Positions 1 through 9,043 of a DNA stretch of 21,016 nucleotides are shown here, piece after piece. A model generated the notes under the pieces. It saw only the letters and a list, made by a program, of their open reading frames with translations. It was not told the origin of the DNA and made no database searches. Every line of letters begins with the position of its first letter. Position 1 is the stretch's first letter. The stretch comes from Pseudothermotoga sp. (lineage in GTDB: Bacteria; Thermotogota; Thermotogae; Thermotogales; DSM-5069), in assembly GCA_041640575.1 (NCBI GenBank), contig JBEPZZ010000001.1, forward strand, positions 1 through 21,016, written 5' to 3'. A program made the position numbers and the translations under genes.

Positions 1-489
1 AACTATCTTCTATCCTTCCTTAACATCCAAAGGATTGCTTGGCTGAAAGACGAAGTATGGACCATACCAACTGTCGCGATTGTTTCGATATGGAAAACAG
101 TTGGCTATAATGCTGTCATATTTCTTGCAGGTCTTCAAAGCATAGACAAAGCTTATTATGAGGCTGCTGATGTCGATGGAGCTAAATCTTGGCATAAGTT
201 TTTGCACATAACTTGGCCTTTACTTTCACCAACCACGTTTTTCCTTCTTATAGTTTCACTTATTGGTTCTTTCAAAGTTTTTACAGAGGTCTACGTGCTT
301 TATAGTGGTTTGCCCGGTCCTTACAACAACAGTGGCATGACAATGGTATATTACGTTTTTGATCGATTCTATGTACAGCAAAGAATGGGAATAGCTTGCG
401 CGGCAGCCTACGTTTTGGTTGGAATAGTTTTAATTCTAACAGTTATTCAGTTTTCTGTCGGTAAGAAAGTGGTTCATTATGTTTCATGA
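1..489 (+). CDS. Carbohydrate ABC transporter permease (MalF/UgpA-like), 5' end outside the window
   Basis: Frame 1 is open from base 1: NYLLSFLNIQRIAWLKDEVWTIPTVAIVSIWKTVGYNAVIFLAGLQSIDKAYYEAADVDGAKSWHKFLHITWPLLSP... It contains the EAA loop (YEAADVDGA) and hydrophobic helices; stop TGA at 487-489. The ORF track start at 202 is internal. Confidence 0.93.
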   Translation, partial: NYLLSFLNIQRIAWLKDEVWTIPTVAIVSIWKTVGYNAVIFLAGLQSIDKAYYEAADVDGAKSWHKFLHITWPLLSPTTFFLLIVSLIGSFKVFTEVYVLYSGLPGPYNNSGMTMVYYVFDRFYVQQRMGIACAAAYVLVGIVLILTVIQFSVGKKVVHYVS

Positions 490-498
490 GGTGGTAGA

Positions 499-2736
499 AT
501 GACAAAATTTCTCACAAAATTGATCATATACATAATACTTATATTAGGCGCCACAATGATGTTATTACCTTTTGCTTGGATGGTCTCTACGTCTTTCAAA
601 ACTAGAAGTGAGGTCGAAAGATGGCCACCAAAATGGAGCTCGAGAAACTTTCTAACAAGCTGGAAAGTAAAAGTTAAAGTGAGCAGCGGTGCTCTTGGTG
701 GTTTGGATTGGAGAGGATTGACACTAAGAGAGGCTTTGATTTTGCAGGATGTACGTCAAGAAGGTAAAGTCCTTTCCATTGTTATAACTGATGATCCTGT
801 ATATCGAGGCACACTTGCTTTATACTTCCCAGCCAATTTTTCATATCTGTCAGGTAGTTTAGATATCAACGAATATAACAATTTCTTAGCTGATTTGAGT
901 TCTGCCACGAAAGTCAAGGAAGTCAAGCAAATGATTTCAGATTTCACAAATCCAGAAGATTTCTTTGCAGCCTTTTTCGCTATGTATACGCAGGGTTTGA
1001 GCGCATTATTGGAAAGAAGAAATTACGTTGGATCCATCGAAAGAACCTTGACTTCATCCTTGAATCAGCTGCAAACTTTCGAACGGTATGCCAGCAGGAT
1101 CCCAGAAGAGCAAAGAACAGAGTATCTAGAATATCTGAAAACTTCAGAAAAAGCTTTTAACGATCTTCTCTCTGCTGTTGGAATCTTTAAGAGAGGTGCT
1201 GTCCCAGTACTTCAGAATGATGAAATTGAAAAGATCTTGAACTCGATTCTTTCATGTTTAGATCAAATCACATTCAACAAATTGAACAGTGACTTAATTA
1301 GTCATCCAGTGCTCCAACTTTACAAATCTCGTGTGATTCAACCTGTTGAGGAATCAGCAAATGTCCTTGAAACCTACAGATACGTCCTTAACTATTTCAA
1401 AATGATTCAGAAAGACCGTTCAGAGGTAAATTCTATTGTATTCACCTTCCCAACAACTAAGGAGAAACAAGAACTCTTCATTAAATCAATTTCTGAGCAG
1501 CAAAATCTAAAAACTGATCTGGAAATAATTAAGAACCTGGCAAATCAGTCGTTGGATGGACTACCCGAAAGATATGAAAAAACACTCGATGAAAAATTAC
1601 TCCAGGACTTCTCTCATCTTAATGTTCATAATCTTCGAGTTTATATACAACAAGTTAAGGTTAATTTAGCTAACCTCAGAAACTTCTTGAGTAGAGTTCC
1701 CGAATGGACTTTTATGAGCAATTTCGAGTCCGTCAAAGAAATCTTGAACGCACTCATTGCAGAAAATCCGTCTGCCTTGGCAGCCTTAGAACGATTAGAA
1801 ATTCTTTCAAGCCAGGTTTCAAGCGAAGATTTTCAAAAGCTTTTAGTTGAGAGTTACAAGAACATAGATAGAATTTCCGAGTTAAGACGTATCTACTCAC
1901 GTAGCCTATCTGTGATGAAAATTATATCAGCTCCGGAATTTGTAAAAGAAGTAAGGTTCAAACAGAACCAAAACATTGAGATAGAATTGAACAACATTCA
2001 CCCAATTTATCTTGAAGATGAGACTTATGAACTGATGGTAGACTTCAACTGGAAGCAGGTTTGGGCAAACATCTTCCACAATTACGTAACCGCCTGGAAA
2101 AGTGCACCATTTGGAAGATACTACTTGAACACCGTGTTTGTCTCGGTTGTCACAACTGTTTTGGAAGTGGTTTTAGCTGCTATGGCTGCATATGCGTTTG
2201 CATACATGAACTTTCCAGGAAAAAACCTTGTTTTTGGTGCATTTCTCGCTACAATGATGGTACCAGGTGAAGTTTTGCTAGTTCCAAATTTTATAACTAT
2301 ATCGAGACTCGGTTGGATCGACACTTATTATGCTTTGATAATACCATGGATAGTCAGTGTATTTGCGATTTTCCTTATTCGACAGCATTTTCTGACGTTG
2401 CCATCGGAGCTAAAGGATGCGGCTATGATAGATGGTTGTTCCCATTGGAGATTTTTGTGGACCATAGTTGTTCCCCTTTCAAAACCTGTTATAATCACAA
2501 GTGCATTGCTCAAGCTTGTTGGAAGTTGGAATGCATTTCTTTGGGTACTGATAGTTACGAATAAAGATAAATACCGAACCTTAACAGTTGGGCTTCAGAC
2601 CTTCAGTACAGAAGTCGGAACGATTTATAACCAGTTGATGGCTGCAGCAACTTTGTCGATAATACCAATAGTGATCTTATTCATCTTTACACAAAAGTAC
2701 TTTGTAAGAGGCATTGCCAGGACGGGGTTGAAATAA
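499..2736 (+). CDS. Carbohydrate ABC transporter permease (MalG/UgpE-like) with a very large extracytoplasmic insertion
   Basis: N-terminal TM helix plus LLPFAWMVSTSFKT..E....PP motif. C-terminal ~220 aa is a typical permease core (NYVTAW...YLNT, MMVPGEV, EAA-like ELKDAAMIDGCS, WNAFLW, QKYFVRGI). RBS GAGGTGG at 488-494. Confidence 0.92.
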   Translation: MTKFLTKLIIYIILILGATMMLLPFAWMVSTSFKTRSEVERWPPKWSSRNFLTSWKVKVKVSSGALGGLDWRGLTLREALILQDVRQEGKVLSIVITDDPVYRGTLALYFPANFSYLSGSLDINEYNNFLADLSSATKVKEVKQMISDFTNPEDFFAAFFAMYTQGLSALLERRNYVGSIERTLTSSLNQLQTFERYASRIPEEQRTEYLEYLKTSEKAFNDLLSAVGIFKRGAVPVLQNDEIEKILNSILSCLDQITFNKLNSDLISHPVLQLYKSRVIQPVEESANVLETYRYVLNYFKMIQKDRSEVNSIVFTFPTTKEKQELFIKSISEQQNLKTDLEIIKNLANQSLDGLPERYEKTLDEKLLQDFSHLNVHNLRVYIQQVKVNLANLRNFLSRVPEWTFMSNFESVKEILNALIAENPSALAALERLEILSSQVSSEDFQKLLVESYKNIDRISELRRIYSRSLSVMKIISAPEFVKEVRFKQNQNIEIELNNIHPIYLEDETYELMVDFNWKQVWANIFHNYVTAWKSAPFGRYYLNTVFVSVVTTVLEVVLAAMAAYAFAYMNFPGKNLVFGAFLATMMVPGEVLLVPNFITISRLGWIDTYYALIIPWIVSVFAIFLIRQHFLTLPSELKDAAMIDGCSHWRFLWTIVVPLSKPVIITSALLKLVGSWNAFLWVLIVTNKDKYRTLTVGLQTFSTEVGTIYNQLMAAATLSIIPIVILFIFTQKYFVRGIARTGLK

Positions 2737-2752
2737 AGTTGGTGGTGACTGG

Positions 2753-2983
2753 ATGACATTCAAAAGGAGGAAAAAGAAGCAAAAATCCTTTGCTAGGGGC
2801 AGTTTGTTGATAACTCTTATCATTTTTGCGATATTCTTCCTAGCAAGTTACATGAGTTATGAATACAATCTTGCAAAGAATCGAGAGCTCAAAACAATTT
2901 ACAACCAGATCTCTGGAGAGACAGAAGCCCTGAAGAATCAAATTCTTGACCTATTAAGCCGAGAAAGGAAGTTTGATCGGTGA
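2753..2983 (+). CDS. Small bitopic membrane protein (basic N-terminus, one TM helix, short coiled coil); FtsL/DivIC-like architecture
   Basis: KRRKKKQK, then hydrophobic LLITLIIFAIFFLASYM, then heptad-like ELKTIYNQISGETEALKNQILDLL. RBS GGTGGTGA at 2741-2748; stop overlaps the next GTG start (GTGA). Confidence 0.7.
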   Translation: MTFKRRKKKQKSFARGSLLITLIIFAIFFLASYMSYEYNLAKNRELKTIYNQISGETEALKNQILDLLSRERKFDR

Positions 2984-3750
2984 TCTTTGTTACGACATCT
3001 CATGACGCAGATAAGTATAGGATTGAACGAGCGAAGGACTTAGCAAATGAACTAGGCATACCTTATCTTGCGAGGAGAAAAAATCCAAATTTGCTGAAGC
3101 ACTTGGAAGATGATTACTGCTATGTTGTGGAAAAAGACAGATTGGTTGTTAGATGGAACAAAGGTTGCTTGTTTTTCCACCCCTCAACAGCAAAAGTGAG
3201 GATGAGAAACATAAAAAATGGACTAAAAGATCACCTCATAGAGTGCCTCAGTCCAACAGGCAGTGAAGTTGTTTTGGATGCTACAATGGGTCTTGGAAGT
3301 GAAGCAATACTGATGTCAGCCTTTCTTCCAAATGGCAAAGTTGTTGGTTTAGAAGCATCAAAACCCATTTACGTTGTTGTAAGAGAAGGCTTAACGTATT
3401 ACCGGGCAAAAGAAGACTGGATCAACGAAGCCATGAAACGGATAGAAGTTATAAATGCAGATTTTCGAAATTTCATTCACAACCTTCCCGATGATTCATT
3501 TGACGTAGTCTATTGTGACCCTATGTTTGAAAATCCAGTGTTTGAGTCTTCTTCGATGAACCCATTAAGAATATTCGCAAAATATGACACTGTCACACAA
3601 AAAGATGTAGATGAAATGATCAGAGTTGCAAAGAAAAAAGTGATACTAAAGGCACATCTAGAGGATACTCTTTTCAGCAGAATACATGTTGACAGAATTT
3701 CGGGAAGCAGAAAAAGCAAGGTCCTCTATGGAGTGATAGAAAAGAAATGA
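2980..3750 (+). CDS. Class I SAM-dependent methyltransferase, RsmJ/SAM_MT-like
   Basis: Motif I VVLDATMGLGSEA, acidic motif II GLEAS and DVVYCDPMF (DPM[F/Y] as in the RsmJ family). Overlaps miaA by ATGA. Confidence 0.85.
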   Translation: MIFVTTSHDADKYRIERAKDLANELGIPYLARRKNPNLLKHLEDDYCYVVEKDRLVVRWNKGCLFFHPSTAKVRMRNIKNGLKDHLIECLSPTGSEVVLDATMGLGSEAILMSAFLPNGKVVGLEASKPIYVVVREGLTYYRAKEDWINEAMKRIEVINADFRNFIHNLPDDSFDVVYCDPMFENPVFESSSMNPLRIFAKYDTVTQKDVDEMIRVAKKKVILKAHLEDTLFSRIHVDRISGSRKSKVLYGVIEKK

Positions 3751-4682
3751 TCATAGTTACAGGACCAACCGGCGTCGGAAAAACTGATATCATTCTAGAG
3801 GCATGCTACGATCTTGACGTTGAAATAATATCTGTTGATTCAAGGCAAATCTATAGGTACATGGACATCGGCACCGCAAAACCCAGCAAAAAGCAGCAAG
3901 CTATTATAAAGCATCATATGATTGATATTGTAGATCCGGATGAATACTTCAGTGCATATGATTTCAGGCAAAAAAGCCTAGATTTAGTGAAACGATTGAT
4001 TCACGAGCAGAAAGTCCCTCTCTTTGTAGGTGGTACTGGTCTTTACATTGACACCTTAGTGCGTGGAATTTTTGATGGAGTGCCGAAAGATGATCAATTA
4101 CGACAGGAACTTAAAGAACGTGAGATGGCGCAACCTGGTATTTTGAGAAAACTATTGATGCAAGTTGATCCACTCAGTGCATCTAAGATTCACCCAAATG
4201 ATCTGAAGAGAACTTTAAGAGCCCTTGAGGTCTGGTACAAAACAAATAGACCTTTGTCTGAACTTCAGAAGCAATCCCACCCGGTTGGCAAGTTTACAAT
4301 CGTTATTTTAAATCGTGAAAGATCCGAGCTTTATGATAGAATTAATCAAAGAGTGGAAAAAATGATCGAAATGGGATTGCTGGACGAAGTCAAGAGCTTA
4401 CTTGAAAGAGGTTATGGAAAAGATCTAAATTCAATGAAAACAATTGGATATCAAGAAATGATAGAACATCTCGAGGGAAAGGCAAATTTCGCAACCACTG
4501 TTGAAAAAATCAAACAAAACACCAGAAATTTCGCCAGAAGACAACTAATCTGGTTCAGAAGATATAAAGATGCCATTTGGTTAGATTGTTCAGAGAAAAA
4601 CTTGGTGTCTACAATTCGAGAACTTGTGCTAAGAGATTCTGAGCACAGTTCTTTCTTTGATGGGGGGTTCAAGGATGGCTGA
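3747..4682 (+). CDS. miaA: tRNA dimethylallyltransferase
   Basis: GPTGVGKT P-loop, [54 protein letters not shown]; sits in the miaA-hfq-hflX cluster. Confidence 0.97.
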   Translation: MIIVTGPTGVGKTDIILEACYDLDVEIISVDSRQIYRYMDIGTAKPSKKQQAIIKHHMIDIVDPDEYFSAYDFRQKSLDLVKRLIHEQKVPLFVGGTGLYIDTLVRGIFDGVPKDDQLRQELKEREMAQPGILRKLLMQVDPLSASKIHPNDLKRTLRALEVWYKTNRPLSELQKQSHPVGKFTIVILNRERSELYDRINQRVEKMIEMGLLDEVKSLLERGYGKDLNSMKTIGYQEMIEHLEGKANFATTVEKIKQNTRNFARRQLIWFRRYKDAIWLDCSEKNLVSTIRELVLRDSEHSSFFDGGFKDG

Positions 4683-4953
4683 GAAGTTTAATCTTCAAGA
4701 CAGGTTCTTGAATATGTTGAGAGTAGGGAAAATCGAGGTGAAGATCTACCTTGTCAACGGTTTTCAAACAAAAGGGTATATCAGATCTTTTGACAACTTC
4801 ACGATCCTTTTGGAAAGTGAAAATCAGCAAAGTTTGGTTTACAAACATGCTATCAGTACTATAATACCGGCGACCTTCATAAAACTTTTCAAGGCTGAGG
4901 GGAAAGAGAAAGAGGAGGCAGAAGAAAAATTTGAAAGTGAAGCAAGCCAATAA
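4675..4953 (+). CDS. hfq: RNA chaperone Hfq
   Basis: [31 protein letters not shown] and [12 protein letters not shown]m motifs. Start refined to ATG 4675 after the G-run RBS at 4662-4667. Acidic C-terminal tail. Confidence 0.97.
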   Translation: MAEKFNLQDRFLNMLRVGKIEVKIYLVNGFQTKGYIRSFDNFTILLESENQQSLVYKHAISTIIPATFIKLFKAEGKEKEEAEEKFESEASQ

Positions 4954-6190
4954 CTTAACTGCAACTTCAGCTATATTGGTAAGTGCAAAGTACGATACAG
5001 AGTCAATTGAAGAGTTGAGGCAACTGCTTTTGAATCTTCATGTAGATGTAATCACAACTTTCGTTCAATCAAGGTTAGAACCCGATCCAAAAACCTATAT
5101 TGGCAAAGGAAAACTTGAAGAATTGAGAGGGTTGGTACAATCGTTACAACCCTCTTTTATCGTTGTTGACGGTGAAGTAACACCACTGCAATCTAGAAAT
5201 ATTGAGAGGATCTTGCAAGTCCCACTAAAAGACAGAACTCAGGTTATATTAGATATTTTTGCAAGGCACGCAACAACTGAGGAGAGTACCCTTCAAGTCG
5301 AACTTGCAAAACTTTCTTACGAGCTCCCACGACTTGTTGGTGAAGGAAGGAACTTGTCCAGAACTGGTGGCGGAATTGGTACAAGAGGTCCAGGAGAACA
5401 GAAGATAGAAGAAAGAAGACGATACATAAAACGTAGAATTTCTTGGATAAGAAAGAAACTAGACGAAATAAGGCTAAATCGTGAGATCCAGAGGAAACGA
5501 AGAATTCAAAGCGAATTACCGATGGTATCTCTAGTTGGTTACACCAATGCCGGAAAATCTAGTCTTCTCAAAACTTTATCAAAGAGCGAAGTTATTGTCT
5601 CTGAGAGAATGTTCAGTTCGCTGTCGCCAGTTATTCGTAGGATTAAACTGCCTAACGGTAGAGTAATTCTGATGAAAGATACAGTTGGCTTTATAAGAAA
5701 CGTGCCGCATACTATAATAGAGGCCTTCAAGTCAACACTTGAAGAAATTCTATACTCGGACCTAATATTGCTAGTTGTAGACGTATCAGAAGAGAACTTT
5801 ACAGAAAAGTTAAACACATCCGTCAGCGTGCTGCGAGAGCTTTCTGCAGATTCAATTCAACGAATAATCGTTTTCAATAAAATAGATCTGGTGTCTTCTC
5901 CAGTCTTACTTCAACTTGGTAATATATACGAAGACGCTGTTTTTGTGAGTGCTGAGACAGGGTTAGGTATTGAAAACCTTTTGAACCGATTGTGTGCAGA
6001 ACTTTTTCAAGAAGAGATAGAAGAAGTTCTTGAAATAGACTTGAAAGATCTACCGCTAATAATGAAGCACAGAGAGGTTTTAACGGTTACGCAACAAAAC
6101 TGTGAGTCTGAAAGGGTAAGGTTGAAACTGAGAGGACGAAGAGAAATTCTAGAACGTATAAAAAAGATGATTACAGGAGGGATCACATAG
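4931..6190 (+). CDS. hflX: Ribosome-splitting GTPase HflX
   Basis: [41 protein letters not shown]1 GYTNAGKS, G3 DTVGF, G4 NKID, G5 SAETG. The TTG start overlaps the hfq end; exact start uncertain. Confidence 0.95.
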   Translation: MKVKQANNLTATSAILVSAKYDTESIEELRQLLLNLHVDVITTFVQSRLEPDPKTYIGKGKLEELRGLVQSLQPSFIVVDGEVTPLQSRNIERILQVPLKDRTQVILDIFARHATTEESTLQVELAKLSYELPRLVGEGRNLSRTGGGIGTRGPGEQKIEERRRYIKRRISWIRKKLDEIRLNREIQRKRRIQSELPMVSLVGYTNAGKSSLLKTLSKSEVIVSERMFSSLSPVIRRIKLPNGRVILMKDTVGFIRNVPHTIIEAFKSTLEEILYSDLILLVVDVSEENFTEKLNTSVSVLRELSADSIQRIIVFNKIDLVSSPVLLQLGNIYEDAVFVSAETGLGIENLLNRLCAELFQEEIEEVLEIDLKDLPLIMKHREVLTVTQQNCESERVRLKLRGRREILERIKKMITGGIT

Positions 6191-7167
6191 TGCGAAAAAT
6201 TTTGTCGGCAATCTTCTTGATAACAGTTTTAATAAGTTTTGGAGCGTTATTTACCGCACCTGTCGAGATAGGGCCTATTCTGACCTCCAGTTTTGGTGAG
6301 TTCAGGGGTACAGGTAATAGAGGCCCGCATTTTCACATGGGTATTGATCTATCCACTAATATGCGCTCTGGAGTACCCATTTTGGCTGCAGCAGATGGTT
6401 GGCTAGTTCGAATTGAGATAGATGATGATGACATCTATGGCAATGTTGTCGTCTTGGAACATGAAAATAATTACAGGACTCTCTATGCTCATTTAAGTGA
6501 CTTCTCAAGTAAAATCCAACACATAGCTGCGTCAGTAATTTCAGAATTTGGCAAGAAACGCATAGTTGTGGAATTTCCTGAGAGAACTATTTTCTTCAAA
6601 GCAGGTGAGCCTGTTGGATTTTCTGGTCAAACCGGAGAAGCAGCCCAACCACATTGTCACTTTGAGATTCGAAATGCAGACGAGAGTATATGTTATGATC
6701 CAATGGATTATCTTGAAATTCCTGTCTTGGGAAGCGCATATTTTGAAGTAAAAGGATTAATAATAGACGGGGAACGTTACACTTACACGGCCGGTAGGAC
6801 ATACCCTTTCAGGAGCGATATTCCAAAGATTGCGATAAACGCGGTAACTGTATCGGGGAGAAATGTGTTGGGTCTGAAGAAAATCAGATTATACTTTGAC
6901 AACATTTTAGCTTACGAGATTGATATCTCACAAATTCCATTGGATGAGTTTGGTAACGTATGGAGTCTTTACACAAGAGATTCGATATCAGATGGATATA
7001 GTTATTCAGCGTGGTATAAACTCTATCCTGAAATTGGTACTTCGTTGGTTAAAGTCAATAAGTTCCCTGAGATAGCTAGATTACCGAGAAGAAGCGTCGT
7101 TAAAATTGTACTGGTAGATGTTTGGAACAGAGAATTCAATGTGGATTTTTCACTGGAGAGAAGGTGA
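6190..7167 (+). CDS. Exported M23-family metallopeptidase with a C-terminal beta-rich domain
   Basis: Signal-peptide-like N-terminus; FGEFR, HxxxD (HMGID), AAADG, YGN.VVLEH, TLYAHL, G.SG.TG and HxH (PHCHFEIR). RBS AGGAGGG at 6175-6181; GTG shares one base with the hflX TAG. Confidence 0.9.
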   Translation: MRKILSAIFLITVLISFGALFTAPVEIGPILTSSFGEFRGTGNRGPHFHMGIDLSTNMRSGVPILAAADGWLVRIEIDDDDIYGNVVVLEHENNYRTLYAHLSDFSSKIQHIAASVISEFGKKRIVVEFPERTIFFKAGEPVGFSGQTGEAAQPHCHFEIRNADESICYDPMDYLEIPVLGSAYFEVKGLIIDGERYTYTAGRTYPFRSDIPKIAINAVTVSGRNVLGLKKIRLYFDNILAYEIDISQIPLDEFGNVWSLYTRDSISDGYSYSAWYKLYPEIGTSLVKVNKFPEIARLPRRSVVKIVLVDVWNREFNVDFSLERR

Positions 7168-7170
7168 AAA

Positions 7171-7506
7171 ATGTGGCTCTTTAAAAAGAAGCCCACTAAT
7201 ATTGAGACAAATCCCTTTTATAAAGAAGGAAATCTTTTTGTTGTATATTTCAAATGTAATCGTTGTGGCGAATATTTTAGAAGCCATCTTAGATTAGGTT
7301 ACGATTTTATAAACGACTATGACAACCCTTCTTTGCCATATAAAATAGACAAGGTGTATGTGGGCTCCCGTTGCCCAAATAAGATTCACTTAACTGCCGC
7401 CTTTACAGCTGGATACAAAGTTCGATATGTGAACTTGGATGGAGGAAAATTTGTGAGCAAAGAAGAATACGAAAAATCATTGCAAAAAGAGGAGGATGAG
7501 AAATGA
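7171..7506 (+). CDS. Hypothetical protein with a CxxC...C putative metal-binding motif
   Basis: 111 aa with KCNRCGE and SRCPN; RBS AAGGTGA at 7161-7167; ATGA overlap with metK. Confidence 0.8.
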   Translation: MWLFKKKPTNIETNPFYKEGNLFVVYFKCNRCGEYFRSHLRLGYDFINDYDNPSLPYKIDKVYVGSRCPNKIHLTAAFTAGYKVRYVNLDGGKFVSKEEYEKSLQKEEDEK

Positions 7507-8693
7507 AAAAACTCTTTACAAGTGAGAGTGTTACTGAAGGTCATCCTGACAAGTTGGCTGACCAAATTTCAGATGCTATCTTAGATGCAATAATTGAACA
7601 AGATCCAAATGCACGAGTAGCAGTTGAAACCTTGGTTACTACTGGATTGGCAGTTGTAGCTGGAGAAGTTACCACTGAAGCCTACGTTGATATACAAGAT
7701 ATAGTACGAAAAACTATCTTGAATGTTGGCTATACTAGAGCTAAGTATGGCTTTGATGGAGAGACTTGTGGCGTTCTTACCTCGATTCATAATCAGTCCC
7801 CAGACATTGCAATAGGTGTAGACAAAGCCTTGGAAGCTAAAGAGAAGAATAACAACGTCGAAGAATATGACAAGATTGGTGCAGGAGACCAAGGAATGAT
7901 GTTTGGGTATGCGACCAACGAAACACCAGAGTATATGCCTTTACCTATAGTGATGGCACATAAATTGTCAATGCGCCTTGCGCAGGTTAGAAAAGAAAAA
8001 ATCTTACCATTCTTAAGGCCAGATGGAAAAACTCAGGTAACAGTTGAATATGATGAAACAGGTAAACCAATTGCTGTCGACACAGTTTTGATCTCAGCAC
8101 AACATGAACCGGATGTCAGCCTGCAGGACCTACGTGATGCTCTTATAGAGTATGTAATTAAACCTGTCATTCCAGAAAATTATCTAAAAAGTGATACGAA
8201 AATTCTCGTCAACCCAACTGGTCGTTTCGTGCTCGGAGGGCCATCAGCAGATACAGGTTTAACAGGAAGGAAAATAATCGTTGATACCTACGGCGGTTGG
8301 ATACCTCACGGTGGTGGAGCTTTCAGCGGTAAAGATCCCACAAAAGTTGACCGATCTGCTCATTACATGGCGAGATACGTGGCAAAGAACGTTGTGGCGG
8401 CAGGACTTGCAGACAAGTTTATGATACAAGTAGCCTATGCCATAGGAAAGGCAAGGCCAGTTTCTATGATGATAGAAACCTTCGGTACTTGCAAAGTTGA
8501 CGAAGAAAAACTTAAGAAAGTTATCAATGAAGTTTTCGACTTCAGACCAAAAGCAATAATCGACAAACTTAAACTCCTTAGACCAATCTACAAAAAAACC
8601 GCGGCTTATGGGCACTTTGGCAGAAACGATAGTGACTTCACTTGGGAACATCTTGACGCTGTTTCAGAGCTGAAAAGAGCTTTTAATATGTGA
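7503..8693 (+). CDS. metK: S-adenosylmethionine synthetase
   Basis: [77 protein letters not shown]. Confidence 0.99.
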   Translation: MKKLFTSESVTEGHPDKLADQISDAILDAIIEQDPNARVAVETLVTTGLAVVAGEVTTEAYVDIQDIVRKTILNVGYTRAKYGFDGETCGVLTSIHNQSPDIAIGVDKALEAKEKNNNVEEYDKIGAGDQGMMFGYATNETPEYMPLPIVMAHKLSMRLAQVRKEKILPFLRPDGKTQVTVEYDETGKPIAVDTVLISAQHEPDVSLQDLRDALIEYVIKPVIPENYLKSDTKILVNPTGRFVLGGPSADTGLTGRKIIVDTYGGWIPHGGGAFSGKDPTKVDRSAHYMARYVAKNVVAAGLADKFMIQVAYAIGKARPVSMMIETFGTCKVDEEKLKKVINEVFDFRPKAIIDKLKLLRPIYKKTAAYGHFGRNDSDFTWEHLDAVSELKRAFNM

Positions 8694-8709
8694 AGGAGGG
8701 GTTTTAAAC

Positions 8710-8991
8710 ATGCCTGGGAAAAAGAAAAATAAATCAGCTGAAAAGAGACTCAAAGAATCTTTGGAAGCAAGGACCAGGAACAAGTCATACAAAAGCAGAA
8801 TGAAAAATGCAGTTAAAAAAGTCGTTGACACCATAAAGTCAGGAGAAAATAAAGAAAAGTTGGATGAAATGGTCAAAGAAGCCATTTCTCTAATTGACAA
8901 AGCAGCTTCAAAAGGAGTTATCCACAAAAACCAAGCCGCCAGGAGAAAGTCTCGCTTGATGAAAATAATTAGCACCGCCAATCGAACTTGA
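8710..8991 (+). CDS. rpsT: 30S ribosomal protein S20
   Basis: KSAEKR...RNKSYKSRMKNAVKK...IDKAASKGVIHKNQAARRKSRL; RBS AGGAGGGG at 8694-8701. Confidence 0.97.
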   Translation: MPGKKKNKSAEKRLKESLEARTRNKSYKSRMKNAVKKVVDTIKSGENKEKLDEMVKEAISLIDKAASKGVIHKNQAARRKSRLMKIISTANRT

Positions 8992-9043
8992 TGAAAATGT
9001 AAACGTAATTCCCGATTTTTTGCATCGGTATTTCTTTATTATT

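Noticed and set aside
7440..7502. SAM riboswitch upstream of metK
   Set aside because: The region is fully coding and overlaps the metK start; no S-box features were seen.
8918..8926. Perfect E. coli-type DnaA box TTATCCACA
   Set aside because: It is a single copy inside rpsT, explained by codons for the conserved VIHK motif; no cluster or unwinding element is nearby.
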